A DNA stretch of 64,000 bases from an uncultured delta proteobacterium (lineage in GTDB: Bacteria; Desulfobacterota; Binatia; UBA9968), in contig CAWJBB010000065.1 of the NCBI GenBank assembly GCA_963840855.1, positions 32,001 to 96,000 on the forward strand, given 5' to 3'. The notes under the pieces were generated by a model, which saw only the letters and a list, made by a program, of their open reading frames with translations, did no database searches and was not told the origin of the DNA. The translations under genes were made by a program, and so were the position numbers. Shown here in pieces: positions 37,141 to 47,431 of the stretch (position 1 is its first letter; each line of letters starts with the position of its first letter).

Positions 37141-38774
37141 TCACCTCAATCGCATCCTGGCAAATAACCCCGACTCGCCCGTCCATTCCTTTTCGAGCAA
37201 CCGGCACTCAAGTTCGATCAACCGTGCATAGGACAGTGAATAACCCGTGACGGGATGCTTCCACTGATCGTCTTTTCGTCGCTCATAAACCTCGATTGCT
37301 TTCTGGCGTCCCTTGTCGCTCAACCAAACCTGAATTCCCGCATACGTAAAGTCATCGTCAGGGTTCCACTGCTGGCGATTCACTGAAGCCACCAGCGGCA
37401 TATCCCAAAGCGGAACGCGAAAGAGTTCCATCAGATCGAGCGCGAGCGGGTGAGCAGCCGAACGCGGCGTATGAAAAAACCCAAAAGAGGGTTCCAAAGC
37501 GACCGCAATAATGGCCTGCATGACATCGCGATAGAGTAGAGCGTACCCGAAACTGAGTAAGGCATTAAAACAGTCCCGCGGCGGCCTACGGTTACGTCCG
37601 TGGAACTGCAAACGTTCATCCAGATCGTCTCTCAACAGCATTGGAAGAGCGGAAAAGTAAAGCCTTCCTGCTTCTCCCTCAAATCCTCGAAGGCTATCGA
37701 TTCCTTCCGCTTGATTCATTGACCTCAACGCCGTCCGAATTCCTCCAAGGGCATCGTCGACCTCAGCACCACGACCTTTTTCTCGGGAGGCACGCAGCAG
37801 GAAACCCAACTGGCTAGCCGAGCGCGCGGAAGCAAGCTTCTTAGCCAACTTGAAAGAAAAGCCCGGCTCACGAAGTGCTTCATATTGACGAATGCGCCGC
37901 TGCACCGGGCTGGCGCCCGCCATAATGCTTCCGACGTAACGTCCGCCTCCCGTCATCCAATGGACTCCGACCTCTTGATGAGCACATAGGTGAATGGCTT
38001 GAGTCGTATCTGCGCACTCCCGTGTAATACCAATTCGCCGACCTCGCGGATGGGCAAGGTCTCCTTGGTCTTGTCGGTTCGAACTATCGCGAGAGTATCC
38101 CCGGCCCGCGTCACCCGGGCTCCGTGATCAATCACATGAATCGTTTGGCGCTCTTTGTCTTTCGGAAACAAACGGACCGGAGCCCAGTCGCGGTCCCGAG
38201 CTAGACGTTCTTCCTCAGGCAGGCATACCCGAGCGAGGGAACAGCGGAGACAAAGGCGCTCATTGTCCGTTACCGGCGGCCGTTGCACGGATTGCCTCAA
38301 CTCACGCACTCGCTGGACTGCCCAGTGAACTTTCTCCCGAGCCGGTTGATCCACCGCAAGCCGCACGGTCGCATTATCGCCATGGTACCGGATTCTCGCT
38401 TCTTCGATAGCCGTGCCGGTGTGCTCTTCCAGGAGCATCGTGTATGCATAGACCTGAAGCCGATCACTCGGCCAAGCCTCCGCGCCGTCGTCCCCCTTAC
38501 GCGACCGCCCGCGCTTGTGCTCGTAAGGAATAAGCTGCCCGTTCCTTCTGCGGAGACAGTCAACCTTCCCTTTCAATCCCAATTTTTCGCTCTCCAAAAC
38601 CAGGCTCACCATCTCGCCCTCTTCAGCCGACAATTCTTCATGGAGGCGACGTCCCGCATAGACCGATGCGTCGGCAACGCGGATTTCCTCGACTTCTTCC
38701 AGATAGAAAAGCCGCTCGCAGTACAGCAGCGCGTGCAGCGCCATGACGCGGATAAGAGGCTCAGATTCACTCAC
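37141..38774 (-). pseudogene. cas1: Cas4-Cas1 fusion (MYXAN-type) with a 1-nt deletion frameshift at about 38007
   Basis: Cas4: YCERLFYLEEVE, GKVD, PYEHKRG, CLRCSLARVCLP. Cas1: LRGFEGEAGRLYF, RNRRPPRD, NALLSFGY, GFFH, LDLMELFR. Adding one base restores HGSAQI-TTQAIHLCAHQEVGVHWMTGGG. Confidence 0.9.
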
Positions 38775-39508
38775 TTCTTTTTTCTGCCTTTTGTAACCGA
38801 TAGTGTCTCTGAGGGCGGAGCAATAAGTGTCCAGGCTTCTTCAGGGACGGCGGCTACAATGTCTTTTGTGGGCGCGTATAGGTACGCCACAGTGCGGCTC
38901 ATATCGGCACGATCAATCCATGCCGTTAGTCGACAGCGTCCCGTTATGGGGCCTAGTTCCCCCGTCAACCGTCTGTACCAAAACGCTGGTCCAAGGACGG
39001 GCTCCTCTCGAAGCACATCAATCATAAAGTTGTTGTCACCCAAGAACGGAATGCCATAACGTGGCCGACCCTCGCACAAGGACCGCCCGCCCTGACGTAA
39101 ACCCTCCCTAACTTGCTCCTCCAAACGTTCGTTTCCTCGAAGACACAAATACGCATCTAGCCCGGAAAGGAACTCGCGTTGAACAGGTTGAATGTTGTAC
39201 TTAGCTCCTTTGGTTTCGGGCGCGCGATCCTTACTCATAGCTCCAACCGGGTAGTTGTGAAGTTGCTGATATATGCTTTGAGTCTCTGGAAAGGTAATGG
39301 CCCCAAGCGCTACTTCCACCCGCGGTAAGCCGAATTTCATTAATGTCATGGTAGCCTGACCGTCGTCGTACCGAGACTCAATTCCTGCAACGTTCAGAAT
39401 CAGTCCGTAAGCGGCACTTGGTGTAATAAATGGGGCAGTAGGGCGATACGATCCGGCAGTAAACGTGCGAAAGGCGCCGAAGGGGGCCTTAAGACGGAGG
39501 TGCAGCAT
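38771..39508 (-). CDS. cas5: Cas5 (DevS/Cmx5-like)
   Basis: LKAPFGAFR...TPSAAYGLILNVAG, QQLHNYPVG, KYNIQPVQREFL, PFLGDNNF. Confidence 0.9.
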   Translation of the reverse strand: MLHLRLKAPFGAFRTFTAGSYRPTAPFITPSAAYGLILNVAGIESRYDDGQATMTLMKFGLPRVEVALGAITFPETQSIYQQLHNYPVGAMSKDRAPETKGAKYNIQPVQREFLSGLDAYLCLRGNERLEEQVREGLRQGGRSLCEGRPRYGIPFLGDNNFMIDVLREEPVLGPAFWYRRLTGELGPITGRCRLTAWIDRADMSRTVAYLYAPTKDIVAAVPEEAWTLIAPPSETLSVTKGRKKK

Positions 39509-40517
39509 TAGCGGTCTCCTCCCATTCTCTTTCTTTTTCAAGAAAGCCGGTCCCGCAGACTTTCCTTGCAACGGCGCTGAGGGCCTCATTAGCCATCCTG
39601 AAAAGGTTCAGACCCTTTGTTTTCAGGTTCTTATTTCTGTCCTGATTAAGTGTATTCTTTACGATCAGGCCTCCAATATAGAATTCACTACCTGGATAGT
39701 CGCCATGAAGTATGCCGTCCACTACTTCAGGAAACCCCCCGTCCGGTTTAAAACCGTAGGTCTCATAGCCTGCTACCAAAGAGTCCGTAAGTCGTATAAC
39801 GATACTTGCGGGAGCCATCTCAAAGTAGCTGCGCGCGTGGTTGCCTGCCACGTCGTTCAGTTCAGAGACGGCCCGCAGCAAATGACGAAGCCAATCTTTA
39901 TGTTGTTCCCCGCAGCTTGAATATGCTTTGCCATCTGGGGCTTTCGCACCATCCGCCGGCTTCCCTTTATCGTCCAGGCCGCAGTCGATAACATTCAGTG
40001 CAAAAGGGTACTGGAACGCAGTAACAACAGTTTCACGGTGAAGAAGTGCAGAAGTCGTTGCATTTTGCCACGGGCTCTTCTCGTTCTTTATTGTCAGCGG
40101 AGATTGAGTAAAAAGCGCATCATGCCTATACGGCTCGACCGATCTTGCGAGATTCATGCGTAGCACAGAGTCACGTTTGAATTGAAAGTGGCGATCTTTG
40201 ACCACTTTATCTGGAATCTGTCCACGAGCGGCAACGAAGTAGCCAAAGAAGAAATCGTCGGCAAATTTTTCGGGGAATGGATAGTCTTCGAATCGAACAG
40301 CGAGCTGCTCTTCGTTATGAAGTCGCTCCCGGTTACGGGGCAAACCATATCTAGAAAGAGTTTCTCGAAGCGCGTTGCGCATCGCCTCTGGCGAGATTAT
40401 GGGATACTCGAACCGTCCGTAGGTTACCTTTTGAATGACACTTCGATTTTCCTCGGACTCCCCACGATAGTTCGCTGACGGGGCCGGATATGTCAAAACG
40501 GTTGCGAAAATGTTCAT
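39489..40517 (-). CDS. cas7: Cas7 (DevR/Cst2-like)
   Basis: APSANYRGESEENRSVIQK, ISPEAMRNALRE, KRDSVLRMN, ALLHRE..TAFQYPFALN, VAGNHARSYF. Confidence 0.9.
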   Translation of the reverse strand: MNIFATVLTYPAPSANYRGESEENRSVIQKVTYGRFEYPIISPEAMRNALRETLSRYGLPRNRERLHNEEQLAVRFEDYPFPEKFADDFFFGYFVAARGQIPDKVVKDRHFQFKRDSVLRMNLARSVEPYRHDALFTQSPLTIKNEKSPWQNATTSALLHRETVVTAFQYPFALNVIDCGLDDKGKPADGAKAPDGKAYSSCGEQHKDWLRHLLRAVSELNDVAGNHARSYFEMAPASIVIRLTDSLVAGYETYGFKPDGGFPEVVDGILHGDYPGSEFYIGGLIVKNTLNQDRNKNLKTKGLNLFRMANEALSAVARKVCGTGFLEKEREWEETANAAPPS

Positions 40518-40539
40518 CTTAACCTCCGCTTTGAACGCA

Positions 40540-40941
40540 TTAGATTCTTGAGAAACTCGACAGCGCCAGCATTGCAAGCGCTTTGACTTCTTCCCACCGC
40601 ACATCGCTCAGGATCGCCTCGGCCACGGCTTGATATTCAGCATCCGGCAAGTAGTGCGGGACCGAGCAAATAGTCCCAGTGAAGTAGGACACAAAATCCT
40701 CCTTTGCGTGGCAAGCGCGAAACCTCAAAAAGGCATCCGTGCAAACCCTTTCACGTGCTTCGCGGTACCTCTGCGGCACGTCTATCCTTTCCCGATTAGT
40801 GCGGGAATCTGTCACTTTCTTATCTTTGAAGTCGTCCCACTTTATACCTGATTTAGTCTCTGTTTTTCGAAACACGTAAGCTTGTACGAGCTTATAAACT
40901 CGCTCTGTAATGTCACTCTCGACAGATGAAACGCTTGTCAT
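40540..40941 (-). CDS. cas11: Stand-alone small subunit Cas11 (matches the Cmx8 C-terminal helical domain)
   Basis: Own RBS AGGAGG and ATG; YREARERVCTDAFLRFR...DFVSYFTGTICSVPHYL...WEEVKALAMLALS resembles Cmx8 C-termini. Confidence 0.72.
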   Translation of the reverse strand: MTSVSSVESDITERVYKLVQAYVFRKTETKSGIKWDDFKDKKVTDSRTNRERIDVPQRYREARERVCTDAFLRFRACHAKEDFVSYFTGTICSVPHYLPDAEYQAVAEAILSDVRWEEVKALAMLALSSFSRI

Positions 40942-40958
40942 CTAAGCCTCCTTTCACC

Positions 40959-42185
40959 TCATTCGGCTTCAAAGCCTCTCCTACTATCTGTTGAAAACCA
41001 ATCTGCCTTTGAACCAATAAACCGCTGGGAGTTATTGCGAGAGAAAAGTTGGTCGAATCTGTGATACCAAGGTTCTCCGCGCAGCAAATTAAAAATTCTT
41101 TGGCGCTTGAATAATGGATCACGGTAGAATTCCCGAAGACTCTCATATTTTTCTAACTGGCTGGGTGTCACGGACAGTCGGTCCGCACCGAGCATGCGAA
41201 TATTATTCCCTTGCTTTTGCAGGTGGTAAATATCGACACCAGCAATGCTATACGCCAGGGCGCCTCTTCCAGCCCTAGCTTTTGCAAGACGAGTAAGATG
41301 GTGAAGATATTCCAGGCCTCCCTCCTGAGGAAGAGAAATGACCGCCTCCCTTGGACGATAACCGGCTAACTCCGATTTCAATTGAGCGGTGATATCCGGA
41401 AAATCTTGGACGAATCCATCAAGGTCGGACACATCAGGTACAACAAGCACATAACTACTCGTAAATTTGCGCCCACCCTCACGGTCGATTACTTGGGGAG
41501 CATAGACACCCATCACCGCAGGCCAAAAGTGAAGCAGAAAAACCTCGTCTGCCTTACCACGGAAAGGAACCCGTTCGGCACTGGCGGCCTGAGCCCCAAT
41601 GAAGATAGAACTCGCGATATTTACGGTATAAATCTCGTTTTGTGCCCGGCGCTGCTGGAACTTTTGCAACTCCCTCCATGTGGCTTCCGCTTCGCTGACC
41701 GTTCCCCTCGCCGCACGTTGTTCGTACGGAATACGAGTCCTATGGACGCCTCGCAGTGTTTCCCAAATTGCCTCTCGCCAAAGTTTGAGCCAAACCTGAG
41801 GCATACCGAAAGCGGCAAGAAACGCCGCCTTGGGGACGATTTGAGGGTATATAAAAACCGTCATCTCTTTGCCTGTCTTCGGATCAGCTCGTTTTTCCTC
41901 GCGCAATGGTTTGATTTCCCTTTTCTTCTTATCCTTCCTTTTACGCGGGTATGCTCTTTCCTCTGTGGCCGCGTCATAAAGGTCGTTAAAAGTAGTTGCA
42001 AGAGACTTCCTTGTCAAAGAAACTGTAACCGTGGCATCTGCGCGAACGGATATTTCAGGCACTACCTTAATCTTTCGCCGCCGCATCGACTCGACGAGGA
42101 CCAAGAACCCAGCAAGGCCCGCGCGGTGTTGTGCAGTGGGAAGCACAAACGGGTCGTAAGTAAGCTCAATCACTTCTTCAGCCAT
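40959..42185 (-). CDS. cas8: Cas8 large subunit (Cmx8-like) ending before the C-terminal domain
   Basis: LPTAQHRAGLAG, WLKLWREAIW, IGAQAASAERVPF, FLLHFWP, VLVVPDVSDL, YRPREAVISLPQEGGL. Confidence 0.88.
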   Translation of the reverse strand: MAEEVIELTYDPFVLPTAQHRAGLAGFLVLVESMRRRKIKVVPEISVRADATVTVSLTRKSLATTFNDLYDAATEERAYPRKRKDKKKREIKPLREEKRADPKTGKEMTVFIYPQIVPKAAFLAAFGMPQVWLKLWREAIWETLRGVHRTRIPYEQRAARGTVSEAEATWRELQKFQQRRAQNEIYTVNIASSIFIGAQAASAERVPFRGKADEVFLLHFWPAVMGVYAPQVIDREGGRKFTSSYVLVVPDVSDLDGFVQDFPDITAQLKSELAGYRPREAVISLPQEGGLEYLHHLTRLAKARAGRGALAYSIAGVDIYHLQKQGNNIRMLGADRLSVTPSQLEKYESLREFYRDPLFKRQRIFNLLRGEPWYHRFDQLFSRNNSQRFIGSKADWFSTDSRRGFEAE

Positions 42186-44492
42186 GTTGACTTCTCCTCA
42201 TCCAAAAAACCAAAATCAGGATGGTATTGGTCGACCGGTGCTTCGCGAAGGTATCGGCCAAGTTTTGCATTTTCTCGGGCGAAACGCCTTGGTACCGGAA
42301 CAACATAGCCATCCGCCTCTGATTCCCTAGCGTTACGTTTGAGCAAATACTCGTCAATGTCAGAATCAAGCACGCAGTCGACGGTGAAATCGTCCCCTTC
42401 GCGAAACGACTCATCTTGAGCCATTGCGTAGGGTCCGGCATCCAAAAATCCTATGTAACCGCCTTCGATGAAGGGATCTGTCACCTGCATAGCCGCCAAG
42501 TAGTTTGCGAGATCGGCGTGGCTAAACTGCTTTTTACCCGCTGACAACGTTTCAACGAAGATCTTTCCTGCCTCTATTTCTTCTTTATCGTATGGTTTTA
42601 CGCCGCTGGGCAAGTAAACATAGACCTTTCCAATACGCCCATTTTTCGGAACGGGTTCCCTGCAACAACGACCCATACGCTGAATAATAGAGGCGACAGG
42701 AGCAATCTCCGTGATAAGAACGTCTGCGTCCAAATCTAAGCTCATTTCACAGACCTGCGTGGCAACGACAACGGTGCCCTTATCGAACTCTTGGACCACG
42801 TCGCCTGTCACAAAGTTTGAAACGACTGTGGTAGCAAAATACTCTGCCGGAATCAGCGAGATGTGCTTTAAGATCCCGCGCTCTTTTCTGACAGCGTGAG
42901 ACCGTATTAACCACCCAAAGCACTTTCTTACCGCTGGCAATCGCATCTTTAACGATGTCCAATAGCCTGTTTTTCTCAACAACGGAAAGGTTGTAACGCT
43001 CGCATTCCGACTGCCGTCGTAGATCTTCAAACGCCTCCTTGGAATCTGGAAATACCTGCAAACCACAGCCATCACGAAGTGCCTCTAGCCGGTCGGATGG
43101 AAGACTGGCGGTCATGCAAAGAACTGGGATATTAAAAAACTTTAGGAACCATTCAAGCGCCGTAAACATGCTGCGGTCAAAGCTGTGGACCTCGTCGACT
43201 ACCACAACACTGTCAGCAAGAACTGGCAAAAGACAAAGAGATGCGTACTGATTCCGCACGAAAGCCAAGAAACTATCCACAGTTGCGCTGAAAACCCGTT
43301 TCGGCCAATAGCCAAGAGCGAAAAGTCGTTCCTGGACATGATAGTCACCGCCGTGGCGAGGATCGCCAGGATTTGGAAACATGCCAGCGAGATCGTACGC
43401 GGCAGTGCCATGTAACAGCGTTGCGTCTTCTCCTCCAGCCCATGAGACATAATCACGAAAACCTTCGGTCGCCGTAGAACGAGTCGGGTAGAGAAAAATC
43501 ACCCGCGATGCTGGTCGCTGACGCAATTGGTTTTTGATCCAATTCCATGCTGCAAGTGTTTTTCCCGTTCCGCATCCCGAAAGAAGCAGAGCACGCGTGC
43601 CTAGTTCTCCAGCAGCGATCTGAAAGTCGTGCCATTCGAATGCACAATCTGATTTTCTTTCAATTTCACTAATTCTCTGCCGAATGATTTTCTTTTCGAC
43701 CCAATCTGCTGTCAGTGGGTCATATTCAAAACAGTTGTTTATCCACTTTTCGAGTGAATGTCCTTCGCGGATCAGCGCCGAGCCTGCCGAGTCAGCGGCG
43801 ATAAGGCCTGCTTTCACAGCAACCAGAAGACGGTGTCGCTCTGAACCTTTTCGGAGTTTGCGTTTGAAATTATGCATTGCACGACCCAAATCCCCAGAAG
43901 GTCCTTTCCGTGGATCGACGTCGTGCTCGAATGACCACAACCGATCATAAGCAGACAAATCAGGGGGCGGGGCGCCAACGATCGGCTCTGCGAGTCGGAG
44001 GCATTTGACGAAATCTGCGTCTTGGGTAAACACATTAAAAGTGTCAACTCCAGGAAGAAGTCTCTTGGCAAATTCTTGGTCGTTCACCTTTAAGTGGTGA
44101 GAAACAACAGCCGATAGGACAGTTTCAAAGTCGATCCCAGCGGAACCGTCTCGACACAACCAATCGCGGATTGGCTCAAGGTAAAGCACTAACGCTGAAA
44201 GATGTTCGTGACGGATAGCTTGCTGACCTCGGTGGCGGAGGGTAGCTTGAAATCCGTCGTTAGCTTTGCCCAGATCATGAAATAATGCGGCCAACTGCAG
44301 GTTCGTTAAGAATTTGGGTAATTGACCTGTGGTTAGGCCGAAAAATCGGAGCCATTCTGCTCCCAGTCGGGTTGGTTGGCTAGGTGAGCCAAAGAGGTAT
44401 TGAACGGCATAGCTGACTGTCGTCACGTGCTCGGAGAGACTAATTTGTTGCCCTTTGATAGGGCTCTTTGCAAGAATGACTTCAGTCACCAT
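42170..44492 (-). pseudogene. cas3: Cas3 HD-nuclease/helicase with a frameshift at about 42800
   Basis: LFHDLGKAN, GCGTGKT, LYPTR, VVDEVH, MTAS, VVNTV, YHSRF; motifs ATQVCEMSLDLDAD and QRMGR lie in another frame after KLCDR. Confidence 0.9.
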
Positions 44493-45073
44493 TACCTCCG
44501 CCACGGTACAAACATCCCACAGCCCATATGTCTGCGACCGCCGAGCCCATTTTCTTGCAACCGTAAAGATTCTTCGGCATCGAGTTCTAACGCTGCTAAT
44601 TCAAATCCCACGACCTGTTTCTCCTTGACTCGTAGGGTCCGCCGTTCGCCCACCTTGATTTCTGCCTCTATTCCAAGTTTTTCAAGCTGTCGCTTGGCTG
44701 CATCCAAGAAAGCTGGAGGCTCCATAAATCCCTTGATCGTGACAAGGCGCGAGTAAAGTGAGGCACGCGAACGCAGAAGGCGAACCTCTGGGACGCCGAC
44801 CTGGAGAATGTGACTGTCTATGTCTAATCTTTCGCCGGCCAATTTCAAAAATTCTCCGATGCGCTCGCTTTCCAGTCTTATGACTAATCGCGATGAATCT
44901 CTCAGAATTAATTCGCCATTGCCGGAATACGTGCCCCGGATAGGTTGCACGCCAATGTTCTTCGCTCCATGAATCGCCGGCAAAAGTCGGCTGATCGCCG
45001 AATAGAGCGCGTATCCGTGGTCCACAAGCACCTTGCTGCCGGTCAATCTAAACGCCAAATCCACGTAGGGCAT
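44492..45073 (-). CDS. cas6: Cas6 (Cmx6, MYXAN-type)
   Basis: VDHGYALYSAIS, SRLVTIKGF, SLRLQENGLGGRRHMGCGMF. Confidence 0.93.
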   Translation of the reverse strand: MPYVDLAFRLTGSKVLVDHGYALYSAISRLLPAIHGAKNIGVQPIRGTYSGNGELILRDSSRLVIRLESERIGEFLKLAGERLDIDSHILQVGVPEVRLLRSRASLYSRLVTIKGFMEPPAFLDAAKRQLEKLGIEAEIKVGERRTLRVKEKQVVGFELAALELDAEESLRLQENGLGGRRHMGCGMFVPWRR

Positions 45074-45096
45074 CGCACTTCCTTATTCCAAATCCG

Positions 45097-45162
45097 AGCT
45101 TACAATACGTCGTTGACACATAAGGTCACGGTCTTTAAATTTGTTTTGACATTTGAGGTCAC
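45097..45162 (-). promoter_or_regulatory. cas operon promoter with two TGAC-N7-GTCA boxes (45114-45128, 45147-45161) and candidate -10 TAAGCT (45097-45102)
   Basis: Minus strand GTGACCTCAAATGTCAA and GTGACCTTATGTGTCAA, 33 bp apart. Confidence 0.6.
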
Positions 45163-45173
45163 AACCTTTGGTC

Positions 45174-45263
45174 GGTTCAAAGTTCAATGTTCAAGGTTCA
45201 ACGTGATCGACCGTTCAAGACGTTCCAGTCGTTCAAATCGTTCCAACCGTTCAACCGTTCAAC
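45174..45263. repeat. Degenerate 7-9 bp tandem repeats built on GTTCAA/GTTCCA
   Basis: GGTTCAAAGTTCAATGTTCAAGGTTCAACG...CGTTCAAGACGTTCCAGTCGTTCAAATCGTTCCAACCGTTCAACC; similar tracts near 45340, 46135, 50897 and 57641. Confidence 0.75.
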
Positions 45264-45417
45264 GGTTTTGCTCCGTCGAAGTGGTTCAATGACTCCTAAA
45301 ACAAGGTCTTCAGCGGGACGATGGCCGAGAGCACCTCCCGGTTCCAGTCGTTCCAGGGTTCCAGGCGTTCCATTCCTTTCGATTCGTTCGTCAGTACCAC
45401 TCAGGTTGGACCGCCGG

Positions 45418-45967
45418 TCAGCGTTTTCCGTAACGCGCCGCTCTTTCCTTAGCCAAAAAGCCGATCTTCCGCTTGTTGGGCTGCGGTGGGGTCATCATCT
45501 GGCGTATCGCGTCGAAGACCACCTTGAACTGAGCATCGTATTTCCGTTCCAGCGTTTCGAGCTTGATTGCCAGATCTTTGTGAGTAGCCAATATTTCCCT
45601 TAACCGCACAAAGGCTCTCATGATTTTCAATGTTAACAGCAACGGCTCGTTTACTCCGTAGAACGCTGGAAAGCATGGCAACCCCTTGTTCGGTAAATGC
45701 GTAAGGAAGGTATTTCCGATGTCGTCCCCGGCCCGTTTCTAAGGTCACAATTTGTGACCTTAGAGCAACGAACTCCTCGTTTGTTAGCTGAAACATGAAG
45801 TCGGCGGGGAACCGGTCTTTATTGCGTTTAACGGCTTGGTTGAAAACTTTGGTCGGCACTTCGTAAAGCTCTGCCAGGTTGGCATCCAGCATTACTTTCT
45901 GACTGCGGATGAGAAAGATGGACTTCTCGATCCGCTCGGAAGGAATGATTTGATCTTTATCGGGCAT
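45418..45967 (-). pseudogene. ORF6N (KilA-N-like) DNA-binding protein, frameshifted by one extra A at 45624-45627
   Basis: [61 protein letters not shown]; continues [12 protein letters not shown]...FDAIRQMM...KRKIGF in the other frame. Confidence 0.88.
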
Positions 45968-46241
45968 ATTTGCTGGGGATATTATGCAATCTGGCGGCGC
46001 GAGGGCAAGTCGGTTTTCTGCGGCCTACTTCGGCCCGATGCTATACGTGCATCGACCAACCCCTTCCGTTTCTTGCCACTGTTTTGATCCATCAACAGGT
46101 TTGCTTCGTCACCTTACTCCATAAGGAAACTACCGTTCCAATGGTTCCACTTGCTCTCACCCCCAGATCCACCGTCCCCGTTCCAATTGTTCAAGGGCTT
46201 TTGCCGGTTTGATACGATGAACGAGCCAATTCAAACCGCAA

Positions 46242-47227
46242 TTACGGACTGGAACCGAGCACTTTCCTGGCCTCTTCTCTCACTTTTTGTCTCACCGCCT
46301 CAGGTCCCACGACCGTCACCTCACCCCCAAAGCTCAATATCCATCCGACCAGCTCGTCGTTGTCCGCGACTTTCAAGATCATTTTGAGCCGGCCGTCCTT
46401 CAAGAGTTTGGTTTCCTGGCTCGGGTGCCAGCTTTTGTCTTTGACCCAGGCGGAGGCTTTTTGGAAAACAGCAGCTCGACTTCGATGCGGCGGCCGCGCA
46501 TGACGTTCAGCGCGTCCTGGACGTATTCCTGAACGTTGAACCCGAGCGGCAATTGGTAGGGATGGTCGGTGTGCGCGATCGTGCGGATTCGTTCGACGGC
46601 GAACAGCCGCACGTCTTTGCGCAAGTGACAGTAGGCGATCAAATAGAGCCCGCCGGCGGCGAACCAGAGATGATACGGATCGACTTCGCGCCGTCCGGTG
46701 TTGTCGCGCGAGGCTGAGTAGTAGCGCATTTGCGCCGTGCGCCGTTTGTCGATGGCTTGGGAAATGAGATCGACGGTTTGCCGGTGCTCGCGGTAGCTCT
46801 TGTGCGGGCCGAGGCCGACTGTAAACATCTGTTCCATGGACCGCACGTACTCGTGGCCCTGGGGTGGCAGGGCCGCGGATGCTTTAGACAGGGCGGAGTT
46901 GAGAGACTCGGAAATCTCTGTGCCTTCGAGCGGTTTTAGAAGATTGCGGCTAAGGAGCAATGCCATCAGCTCGGTGGCGGAAAAGCCCAGCGCGGGAATA
47001 GCGCGAAAACCTTCCATCAATCGCCAGCGGGTCTGGCCGTTGTGACGTTCGGTGATGACGGGAAACCCGACCGCTTCCAGGGCCTCTAAATCGCGCCGCA
47101 CTGTGCGGGCGTTTTTCGGGAAATCTTCAGGTACGGATTCGACAAGTGCCTGCAGAGTCAGGCCGTTCGCGCCTTCGAGACGGCGCAATAGATGCCACTG
47201 CCGGGTGATCTGGTCGTTTCGCGGCAT
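46242..47227 (-). pseudogene. HTH-WYL-WCX transcriptional regulator (PafBC/DriD-like), frameshifted by a 1-nt deletion in an A run at 46458-46462
   Basis: RTVRRDLEALEAVGFPV (wHTH), REVDPYHL...LYLIAYCHLRKDVRLFAVERI (WYL); WCX tail AWVKDKSWHPSQ...ELVGWILSFGGEVTVVGPEAVR lies in the shifted frame, ending TAA 46242. Confidence 0.88.
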
Positions 47228-47431
47228 AAGTCCGCCCGTACACTACGGGATACGCGCGGCAAACGTCAACTGCGCGGGGATCGACAGTGATTCCGAAAGG
47301 CAAATATTCGATGCACCGCCATAGGGTACTGGCAAGACTGGCCCTGCCCGCTATTTGCCGACCAAACATCAGGTGGTCGTTGGTCCTTCCACTTGGCGGA
47401 GGGTAAGTTGATACTGGTGGTAGCCAATCTG

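Noticed and set aside
36410-45073. CRISPR-associated transposon (type I-B CAST), suggested by the repeat type and short array
   Set aside because: No tnsA/B/C or tniQ/tnsD and no Tn7-like ends seen; cas3, cas4/1 and cas2 are present.
45174-45375. Second or degenerate CRISPR array upstream of cas6
   Set aside because: Units are 7-9 bp with no spacers and no similarity to the 36-bp repeat.
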